A program made the position numbers and the translations under genes. Of a stretch of DNA of 64,000 bases, positions 53,658-64,000 are shown piece after piece (within the stretch, counting starts at the first letter, position 1; each line of letters begins with the position of its first letter). Source of the stretch: Nageia nagi. Taxonomy: Eukaryota > Plantae > Pinophyta. The notes under the pieces were generated by a model, which ran no database searches, had not been told where the DNA came from, and worked only from the letters and a program-made list of their open reading frames with translations. Location: NCBI GenBank assembly GCA_050084985.1, contig JBITNC010000001.1, forward strand, positions 76,322,001-76,386,000, read 5' to 3'.

Positions 53658-55019
53658 TGATACAAATGTCACATAGCCTTAGGTTCCCTCTAACCCAAAT
53701 ATGAGTTTGCTCCCACTAGTTGGATATTGAGAAAAGTCATCACCTCCCTAGAGATTAGCGTACTTGTAGATTATGCAATCTTGATATAGAATTTGAGGAG
53801 CATTTCATTTTTACTTTTCCTATTTACTATGAGATATGTGGTAAATATTATTTATTATCCAAATATACTCGTACACTGAAATCTTGGATTAATTATAAAG
53901 ACCAAAGATTCAACACCCTTTTCATCAAGGAATTATTCAATCTTAGAAAATCCTACTTAGTAATAGTTTCAAGAAGACAAATAGTTCTAGACTCATCCCC
54001 TCATTCTTCCTACCTTAAGAAGCCACAACCAAGAAGCGACAAGGTGACCATATAGACAAAACAAGATCAATTCATTTCCGACTACAACAAAGACTATTTA
54101 TGGTGACATTGAACTCCTACACTACTTTTCAATATTGAATGTTGGGAGTAATTCTTGATTTGCAGATTTTGTATATCATTTGTTATACTTATTTGGTACT
54201 TTTTTGTTTTCTCTAGAGCTACATTAGGAACTCCCATTTCTTTTGTATAAGTCTATATTACAATCGCACTGACCTCTTTTGGTCACCAGTGGACACTAAT
54301 ACAAAATTCAAATTCAAATTACTATTTGTTTCCCTCTACTCTTCATGCTTTGTCCTTCCTCCATTTTTTTTGTTTACCATCTAACTAGACTCTTACATGT
54401 GAGTCTGTTTTTGTCTCGCTTCCCATTGATGCATAACTAGTTCACCACCGTAGGTTCCCATTATTATCTATGATAATCACAAAAGTGAAACGTTCATGAC
54501 TTCCAAATTAAGGGTTGCCTTGTTTAGTTTTGTACAATAGTGAGATCATACCAGAACATCTTAGGAGTAAAAATAAAGATTATCCTTTATGATTTGTAAG
54601 TAGTGTGATGAAGATCCATCATCCTTGAGTACATTTGGATTTCATACAAAGAGTTTGATATAATGTCACTCTTGTTTTGTACTTAATAAAACTCCATGTT
54701 TAGATTCTATAAGAATTGTGTTGATTTATTGTTATTACTTTTATTATTGTTAATGTTATTGGATCAATGTATGTTAATGTATATTGAATTGGGTGAATGT
54801 TTGAGTTTCATGAAACACTTTAAAAATCTTATATTGTACTTGTAATCACCATTTTGATCTCCATAATGAAGAAGAGATCTTAAATTGGATGTACTTTCAC
54901 CTTGGGAAAAACTAATAACAAGTTGATTGCGATATTTTGTATAAATATTAATTTCATTAATATTAGTTATTTTCTTTCAATTTTTTTGAAATCACACTTA
55001 ATTTTGTAAATAAAATGTA

Positions 55020-56600
55020 CTGGAAGAAGAGCATCGACATCCTACTTATAGTCATTTTAGGACACCTATGTCATATTTCTTGTATAATTCAATTCAAAAA
55101 TTTAGATTCATAATTTTGAACTCTTGAATAGCATTACTGGTAGAGTTTTATAGTAATAACAAAAAGCTAATATATTTGTAATGAAATCTATATCATTAGT
55201 TTGAGTAATTTAGCATTAACAATTATGAGGATTAAATATGTATTTACTACAATGATATCATTGTCATCATAGAGCATGATAACGATGTCATTCTAGTTAT
55301 TGTGTGTTTGTAACATAATATTTGTTTATCTTTAGCACAATATCTTGAATGTTTACAACATAATACTCTTTGACTTTATAATTAAAATACAACGACATCG
55401 TTTTCGTTCTTGGATAAAACTATGATTTTCTTCTGGCCTTTAATAACTAAAATCTTGTCAACGTTTCTAAGTCGTCTTGTTCCTTGCCAAGCTCTTATCT
55501 AAATTACGTTTTGTCTGCGTCGAGTGTTGAACCTAATTTTGAAAGGCTATCAAAGATTGGCGAAGTCCGACCAAAGTTAACTGAACTTTCCCTTCTCCTC
55601 TGGAATGAAAAGTTCATCTTTTGTGGGACCTCGTATTCGTATGTATCTTATATGAGCTATACTTTTGGTATATAAATTAGTTCCCCTACTGCTATAACTT
55701 GTCTATTGTTGCGTTCTTCTTTGTGTATTTTTCTTAAAATATTGGACGATAATGTCGTTTTGGTCTACTTTAAGAACGATGTCATTGTGGAGGTAAAATA
55801 CCATATATTTTCAGGCTAAAGTGAATGTCTTTTCCACACAAAACTCTATCTATTTGGTTAAGGATATCGATCTAGGAAAGAACAACAATGTCATTGTTGT
55901 GTTATAAAATTATAATAATTACAAAGGATCAATTACAATTTCAATTGTAAGTATGAACATTTAAGTATTGTAATGAGTATTTCCAATTTTAATTGTATAG
56001 AGTATGACAACTTTGCAAAAATTTCAATTATATGGAATACAGAGTATTTGTAATTTCAAAAAATTCAATTGTATAGAGTGTTGAGTATTTGCAAGTTCTA
56101 AAATTTCAGTTGTATAAGATTTAGCAATTTTGAATTGTATGTAGTATTTGGAAAATTTTACTTTTTATTTATTTCATGATGGTTATTTGATATCGTGTAT
56201 TAAGAAGTATTTTATTTTATATTTAAGATTTATCTACAATTCAAAAAAATTATTTTTTTTGTATTTTAGAACTGAAGTTCATTTATTCAATGATAAACAA
56301 GAGTTAATCAATCTCACTATGATTATTTGAAAATGTTCAAGGGGTCAATTATGATGACTTTACAATTTTGAATTGTATGAAGTATTTATAATTTCAAAAA
56401 ATTTAGTTGTAAATAGTAGTACATAAATCACAGTGAAATTGGGTTGGTTAAGAGTGAATGATTTAGTTTTGATATTCCATAAGTTTATAATGTTATATCT
56501 AACTGAATACATTCTTAATCTTATTCTTTTGTTTTTCCAAGATGGTTATTGGATGTCATATATCTAGAAGTATTTTATTTTATATTTAAGATTGTATTTT
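55020..56600. other. Probable DNA-transposon remnant: dispersed AACGACGTCGTT-like palindromes and an internally repetitive AT-rich tract
   Basis: Motif variants at 55281, 55392, ~55749, 55775 and 55884. Degenerate aattgtatagagtatttgtaatttcaaaaaattt repeats at 55930-56420. A ~60-bp duplication at 56172 and 56535. Confidence 0.4.
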
Positions 56601-58375
56601 TCCACCACCTTGTTCTTGCACTTTCTCCCCTTGATTTATTATAAACTTCGACTACCATTACTCCATTACCTATGTAGATCATTTACATCAGATTTTATCT
56701 AGCCCTCCTTCTTTTCCCACTATTGCTAATCACTCCACTTTTATAGTCCAAGCACTTTGGACAACTGCATTGCAATCCTATCCTCATACCATACAACCCC
56801 CTCAATATTTGGTATGATGAGAAATGCAAACTTGCTCATCAAACATTGAAACATATCATTCGTTTCTCTCCCCATATCAAAAAAACTTCTCATAGAACTT
56901 ATAAGATGCTTCTTTGAAAGAAAAAGTGTATGTTTCTCTCCCAACGTAGGCTTGATCTTAACCACTCCTTTTGACATTCTCCTAAATCTTTTTGGCACCT
57001 TATCCTCCCTAAAGACCATGTCAACCATGAGATCAATCTTTCCACTTGGACTTCCCATGCTTCATGACTCTATACCATCCCTAATCAACCTCTTATTAGA
57101 GTTCCTCCTCCCCACTTCTTACCATATTTTCACTACCGAACTTATCAAGTGGGCTATAAAAAATCTTTGTATAGGAAAAGCAACAATTTTGAATGGATAA
57201 GAAAAACATTTGAAACATGACTTTGACTCACTTATTGGACCCCTTCTCAATCTCTTCAATCTTACAATTTGCTAGGTTTTCTTGATTCATGGACTCAACA
57301 TATCATCCATCCCATTCACAAAGAAGGGGATCCACACAAAGCCAATAACTATAGAACCATCATGATCGAGAATATCTTTGCCAAGCTCTATGCCACAACA
57401 TTAGATGTGCTTCTATCTCATAGATTAGAGGATGAGGGACATGGGGCCATGGGTCAACTTGTTTTTCATCAAGACTATTAGAATATAGATCATATCCTAG
57501 TTCTCAGATCTATCATAGAGAAGGCATGCTCTATATCATTCAGATTCTTCTACTACTTTATGGATTTTAGAAAAGTCTTCGATACCATGCCTTATCATAT
57601 GCTATTTAAGAGACTTTAGTCAATTTTTATCTTTGGAGATCTTTTTATAGCAATTTCTAGATAGTACAAGGTAGTGATCAATTACTTTTACTTCTCTCAA
57701 GGACTCTTTAAAAACATTCTCAGCACCAGAAGAGTGAAACAAGGTTTCCTCTTTCCCAAGCACTTTTTGGGATACTCATAGATGAGCTTGAGTCTTTTCT
57801 CCAAGAACATACACATGCAGATAATGGATGCTTACTTCATAATGTCTTGATTTATATCCTCCTTTGGGCTGATGATGTTATTCTCTTAGCTTCAACTATT
57901 AAGGGACTCCAACATCAATTAGATGCATTAGCTAATTTTTATGCTTAGAGATAGTTGTCAACTAACCTTACCAAGAAAAAGGTTATGGTGTTTAATACTA
58001 CCAAGGATTTTGTATCTTATCTTCATTTCCATCTTCAAGGATGAGTTGTAGAGATCACCAACTTCTATGTATACCTTGGAGTTCTTTTCATTAGACCTAC
58101 ATTTCATATGAAGTCTTCTCACAAACTCGTATTTGTAAGGGATATGCAACACTTTCCTTACTTGAGTGAAGTTGCTTTAGAGCTCATTTCTAGGACATTC
58201 CAGTCCATATAAAGATTTTTGACACCTTGGAGAAGCCAACTATAACGTACAGATCAAAAATATGGGGCCCTAGTCTTATTCTGACTTAATGGTCTCGTGT
58301 CAAATGAGTACAAACTCTTTTTATTTGAAGGTTTAAATGTTGCGAGTGCATGGTTCCTCATTCTATTATCCTTAC
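56597..58375 (+). mobile_element. Second RTE/RTEX-like LINE fragment (5'-truncated RT region), interrupted by Copia
   Basis: WYDEKC ~56810, PIHKEGDPHKANNYRTIMI, MDFRKVFDTMP, RVKQG and ILLWADDVILLA ~57856-57891. Confidence 0.9.
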
Positions 58376-61300
58376 TAAGAGAATTGAACTATAACATGAA
58401 CAACTCTAAACTACCAAGTTCACATGAAAGCTCACAATACACATCTAACAAATTCACAAAGTAATTTCACAAAGATAACATAAGATGTAAGTGGTTCCTC
58501 CAACTAAGAGTACATCCACTAACTAGATCTCTCTTAATCTTAAATATGAACTCTTACAATTCTCTTAACTCATCTCCTAAACACTATCCTATAGCATAGC
58601 TTTACTCCATAAATTGATGTGTGATCAAAAAGAGGGAGCCTTTTATTTATAGGCCAAAATTTCTCTTTGGATCACCCTTTTATCCAATGTACAAAAACAT
58701 AACATGCACATCCTTTTACCCAAGGGGCATGCTCATGACATGGAGTGTAGGACAAGTTACATTATCATATTCATTTAAATACTTAAGGTATCAAATGATA
58801 CCTTTAAGTATTAGTGAATATACATAGAAGATTATTACATAACCTTTACAATAATGTATTATACATTCCAACACTCCTCCTTAATGCAGTATTGGGATAG
58901 AGTGAATACGAGAGAAGAAAAAGAAAAAGTAAGAGAGTTCTCTTCCAAATAGATACAACAGAGATAAAATTTTTTACATATTTGTGAAGTAAGAAAGATC
59001 TAGTTTGAGACTCATTACTTTGCCAAATACAATCACTAACCACAACTAGTTTCAATGTACATGAAGTAGTCATCCAACTGGAAGTCATGAAGAGTCTCTA
59101 AGAGCTTGCATACTTGAAGTAAGTAACCTTCAATCTCAAGGAACTTGCAAGTCATAAGCTACTCAAATAATAAGATCAGTTAGATGTACCATATTCATAT
59201 CAATAAGGGTAGATGAATCACTCAAATGCCATCATAAACTAATCAATAGTGCACTATAAGTCATCACAAAGATGCTAAGCCAAAACTCATAGTCACCTGC
59301 TATATATAAAACATGTGTTGATTATCATTACAAAATAAAGCATGCACATACGAGTTTCTCACATATGGATAACTAAACAATGCTAAAAGACACAAAAGAA
59401 TTTCTCACACATGGATAATTGAATAGTGCTAGATTGGCCAAAATATTTTTTCTTTAAAAATTTTTAGCATAAGTTCCTCATGCATAGCAAACTTACTATG
59501 AAGGTGTACAACAAAATCAATACTATATAGCATAAAATTCTTCTAGAGGTGAAGTTGTAATCATAAATATGAATTCAACAGAAGAATTCAAACTTTACTC
59601 CCCCTTAAGGGCAACTTTACCAACTTGATAGCATCCTTAAGCCTACAAAATTAAGCTTATAGGAGTGGCTTGGTGAACAAATCAATAGAGTTCAATGTGG
59701 ATAGATAATACTCTAGGTGTATGATGTTATCAAGAACCTTCTTCTTGATAAAATGGGTATGGATTTTCATATGTTTTGTTCTCTAATGGAACATAAGGTT
59801 CTTAGCTAAAGAAATAGCCAATTGATTGTCTAAAAAATCAAATATATGCCACCTTGCTCATATCCAATTTATTTCAAAAGATGCCTTAGCCAAATAGCTT
59901 CCTAGGTTGCAATAGACATGGCATGATATTCAACTTCTATAGTGGAAAGAAAAATAGTAGGCTACTTCTTGGAAGCCTAATAGATAGCACCGAAACCAAT
60001 GCTAAACACATATGTAGAGGTTGATTTCCTATCATCTCTATCTCCCCCATAGTAAGAATCTAAGAATACATAGAGAACAAATGAGGGCAACTTAGAATAC
60101 TTGAGAGCAAGATCCTTAGTCTTTGCAACATACCTCAAGATTTGCTTAATAGCATTGAGATGCTCAACATATAATTTTTGCATGAATCATGCCATTAGAT
60201 TCATTGCAAAGGTAATATCTAGCGTAGATATAATCAAACATAAAATACTACCAATTAATTACCTATAAGCTGTAACATCAGTTAACTAAGAATTCAAGCT
60301 CAAAGAAATAATGATTCTATAATAGACTAATATTACAACATATCTACACTCCTTCATTCCAAACTTCTGTAAGATGTCTGATATATACTTATATTGACTA
60401 AGATAAGTACAATCTTTGCATTAATACACTTGCATTCTAAGATAGTAGTGTAAGAGACCAAATTTCATCATTTCAAATGTTTTCTTAAGTTTGGATATGC
60501 ACTCTTGAATGATTTTATCATTATTCTTAGTTATCAGAAGATCATTCACATAAAGGAGAATCAAGACCATATCTTTTTCTTGATTGAGTACATATAAATT
60601 AGAGTAAAAAAACACTTAGATTAAACCAATGTCTACAAAAATACCTTAAAATCTTCTTATACTAGGCTCTAGGTGATTACTTAAGTCCATATAATTAATG
60701 ACTTCTTTAGCTTACACACAAAGGACTTTTTACCTTCTACAAAAACCCTTCTAGTTGATTCATGAAAAGTTTTACATTTAAGTCACCATTAAGAAATGCA
60801 CTTTTTACATTAATTTGAAAAACTTTCCATCCTCAAGCTATAGAAAGAGTAAAGATAATTCTCATAGGCATCTTTGCTATAAGAGCAAAAGTTTTCTCAT
60901 AATCTACATCGTATTTCTAAGCAAAACCTTTAGCTACTAACCTTGCCTTATATTTCTCAATATCCATAATATAATTGAACTTGACCCTATAGATCCACTT
61001 ATTTCCAATCACATTTTTTTTATTAGGATACGAAACCAAATCCTAAGTTTTATTTTTCATAAGCACCTCATACTCCATTTTCAAAGCTTCCATCTAGTTT
61101 AGAGGCTTCTTTGAAGGTTGAGGGCTCATGCTTGTTATCAATCTTGGCAAATAAGGATTTGTTTAAGGTCATGCTTATTGTTACCCTTTGTGTTGGAGAA
61201 TTTAGTTCTTGAGGTGATTTTTCTAGATTAATATCTAACTAGGTAGATGCAACTAAAGATTCTTTTATATCATCAATATCCTTATTAGAAGTAGATTCTT

Positions 61301-64000
61301 TAGGAAGTTCATTAAACTTTACATCTCTTGAAATAAACACGACTTTGTAGGATGGAAAGTAGAGCCTATAACCTCTATGCTGACTGACACAACCTATAAA
61401 AATGCATTTTTTATATCTTTTTTCTAACTTCTTTCTTTTATTAGAAATAATGTAAGAGAATGCTCCACTACCAAACACCCTAAGGTGAGAAATGTTAGGT
61501 TTTCTTCCTGACTATGTCTCAAAAGGAGTTTTATCCTAAACAATTTTTGTGAGACACCTATTCAAGGTGTAAATAGTAGTGTTCATAGCTTCAACCCATA
61601 AAAAATTAGAAAGATTACCCAACATGCATCTAGCCATTTCTATAATTATTTTATTTTTTCTTTCAACAATACCATTCTACTAAGAAGTGCAAGGAATCGT
61701 AAATTGCCTTTTGATTCCATGCTTAGCATAATAGTCATTAAAATCATTGCTATTATATTATTCTCCATTATCTAATATCAACATCTTAATTTTAAGGTTA
61801 GTTTGATTCTCAATAAAGGCCTTAAAAACTTTAAAACTCTTAAAAGTTTGATCCTTATGCTCAAGTAGATACCCAAAGGTCATCTTATAAAAGTTATTAA
61901 TGAAGGTGAAGACGTAAGATAATCCTCCAAATGACTTAGTCTTAAATGGACCCATAAAATTTGAATGCACAAGTTAAAGAGGTTGAGATGCTCTTATTGC
62001 CTTATCTTTTTCAAACTTTTATCATGCATCTTACCAAAAATGCACTTCTTTCATAAACTAATCGATGGAGAAATTGAAGGCAAACTTTTCATAAGTTCTT
62101 GGTCTTTCATGAATTGAATACTCTTATGGTTAAGGTACCGTAAATGTTGGTGCCAAAGATTATCTTTAGAACACACATTTGTAGCAAGACACATCTTTGA
62201 TAGAACTTGTTCTACAATGTAGAGATCATCTTTCACTGATCCTTTAATCAACATGGCAAGTCTTTTCTTAATGCACCAATATTGAGAGTCAAACTCAAAA
62301 GAGTACACTTTTTAGCAACTTGGATCATGGAGAGAAGGTTTATCCTAAGCTTAGAAACATAGAGCACATTATCAAGAACCTTCTCATGAATCAACACAAT
62401 TCAAATTCTTTGGACGTCAAGGGTAGAGTTATCACCTATCACAACCATATATTTTTTATACTTGCAAAAGTTTTCAAACTTTTTTTTTTCAAAGCATAGG
62501 TGATTAGTGCAACCAGAGTCAACAATCCAATTAGATGAAAAAGTGTGATACATTGAGTAGAGCACCACAATAAAGTCAGCTTGAATATTCTTCCTTTCTT
62601 TGAAGTTCTTTACATTTCTATTAGCTTTATTCTTTTCCTCTCTATTCTTTTTGTAGCAATAAACTCTTTTATGATCTTGAATGCCACAATAGTTATAACT
62701 ACCATCAAACTTTTCTTAAAAAAATAGATTGCTTATTTTACTTTTTCCATCTCTTTACTTGAAGTGGTTGTTATTGCCGTTATTCCTACTGCTATTATTC
62801 CCATTGCTTCTTTTCTCAAATCTTTTAGAGAAAGAAGGATAAGATTTCTTTTGATGGTTGACCTTCTTCTTGAAACAAGTTTTGGTTGCTCCAAGAGCAA
62901 TGTTATTATCCTTAGGAGAAGAAATCAACACCTTAATATTAAGAGTTTTTTTATGCTTCAAAAGGTGTCTAAAAAGATTTTCAAAGGAGAATACTTCTTC
63001 TTCATTACCAAACCTTATTTCCATAAATGTTACAAAGTTTTCAAACCTTGAAGAAAGGATTTAAAGAATGATAAAGACCATGAACTTATCATTGATCCAA
63101 TTACATTCATAAGTAACAAGTTGAGTCTTTAGATCAATGATTTGATTCAAGTAGATAGCTAATTTTTATTTTTCTATTGATAAGATTGAAGCAAGTTTTA
63201 GAGAATAGTAAAATTTCTTGAAAACTTTGAACTAAAGTAGATTTGCTTAAGCTTATCCCAAGCTTTCTTTTCCAAGGTTGAAGAGAAAATCATTAGAAGC
63301 ATATCATCTAAAATTGTACAAAAGATCATGGAGGTTGCTAACTCATTCTTCATATTGTAAGCCTCTAGTGGCTTTTCATTTGTAGGATGTACAAGGTTCT
63401 CATTCACTGTTTGCCAAAGCTTCCTTACTTGCAACTTAGCTTTCATTCAAGGTTCTCAAATCCCAAAGTTGGAGCCATCAAGAATGTGTTTGGGTAAAAA
63501 GGAATCTCCCATTTACCATACAAAAATATAAAATAATAAGCATGTAATAAATAACATTATATGTTTAAATTTTAATGAAGTAAGTAATACATGTTACGTT
63601 TAATTAATTAAGACATGCTTGATTTGATTCACTAGTGTAAATGTTTTACAACATAAATAATAATCAATGTATCCAAATACATTTTTCATCTCAAAAATCA
63701 TAGATGTAGAGTGACATTGTTGAGGCTTATTTTCTTATCTAAAATTAGACCTTCACTAGATGCCCACATAAGAGGATCCCAAGTACTACCAATCCTCAAC
63801 TAGTTCACTTTGGTCAGTATTATACTCTCACAAAGAGAAGTACTTACTATTTTTCAAGGTTATAACTTATATTGGGTCAGTCAAATTATTAAGATAATCT
63901 TTAAATAGACATGCAAACATATGGTATCACTACATACATGCTTGTTCACCAATTGGAGTTATATTCAGACCAACAAAGAACTTAAAGGCATTTGAGAAGT
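58376..64000 (-). mobile_element. Element E: Ty1/Copia LTR retrotransposon (5' LTR outside the window)
   Basis: 3' LTR ~58376-58873 (minus strand starts TGTTGGAATG) with PPT TAAGGAGGAG at 58874-58883. Domain order is gag-PR-INT-RT-RH. Confidence 0.93.
59600..63512 (-). pseudogene. Copia gag-pol (decayed)
   Basis: MKAKLQVRKLW (gag), NYCGIQDH..YC knuckle, WIVDSGCTNHL protease ~62497-62529, LWHQHLRYLN, HSNFMGP (integrase), KCIFIG, LYVNDLLI (RT) and DSYYGGDRDDRKSTS (RNase H). Confidence 0.93.

Larger units (their letters stand above)
27900..54320 (+). mobile_element. LINE (RTE/RTEX-like; ORF1 remnant + APE-RT-CCHC ORF2), in three pieces: ~27900-30452, 32160-33176, ~53658-54320
   Basis: ORF1-like WTQVVRG and KIYLDEDITKLQ. 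APE motifs IFIWNYNG (~28564), DFNA, SVVNYV and ANHAFL. RT motifs GDPLNLQNYRTI, FIDFKK and GVKQGCPLSPTLF. C-terminal TCRLCNLDIEFEEHFIF at ~53761-53811. 3' hairpin tgacctcttttggtca followed by an (aaattc)n tail at ~54304-54320. The 5' boundary is approximate. Confidence 0.85.

Noticed and set aside
56148-56600. Possible host exons (ttttag/ccaag acceptor-like sites)
   Set aside because: They are embedded in degenerate tandem repeats with no coherent reading frame or recognisable protein.

Overview
AT-rich, CpG-depleted plant heterochromatin-like DNA. It is most likely from a gymnosperm (inference from a Tat element with its extra RNase H between protease and RT, and from the style of the PPR motifs). 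I found no intact host gene; the window is a stack of nested, decayed transposons. (1) Element A (377-25036, minus strand, TSD TTTGT) is an internally deleted Ty3/Gypsy with ~5.3 kb LTRs. (2) A related chromodomain Ty3/Gypsy, B (770-12236, plus), is inserted in A's left LTR. (3) A non-autonomous TIR element with a 4-bp TSD lies at 26308-27204. (4) An APE-RT-CCHC LINE (~27900-54320) is split by a 1.7 kb TRIM-like element and by Gypsy C (~33177-53657, minus). C in turn carries Tat element D (~34110-47801) in its LTR. (5) A second LINE fragment is interrupted by a Ty1/Copia that runs off the window end. The standout feature is in element A. Both LTRs carry a ~1.8 kb non-coding array of compressed, frameshifted PPR-motif fragments (LFDKMPQR-type and KQMQLSxVKPNSATFxSILP-type). 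The array lies antisense to, and just downstream of, the putative LTR TATA box. It retains CpG and diverges between the two LTRs by patchy, transversion-rich change and whole-unit gain/loss. This is a candidate retrotransposon-borne anti-PPR small-RNA (TAS/PHAS-like) cassette; the function is inferred, not shown.
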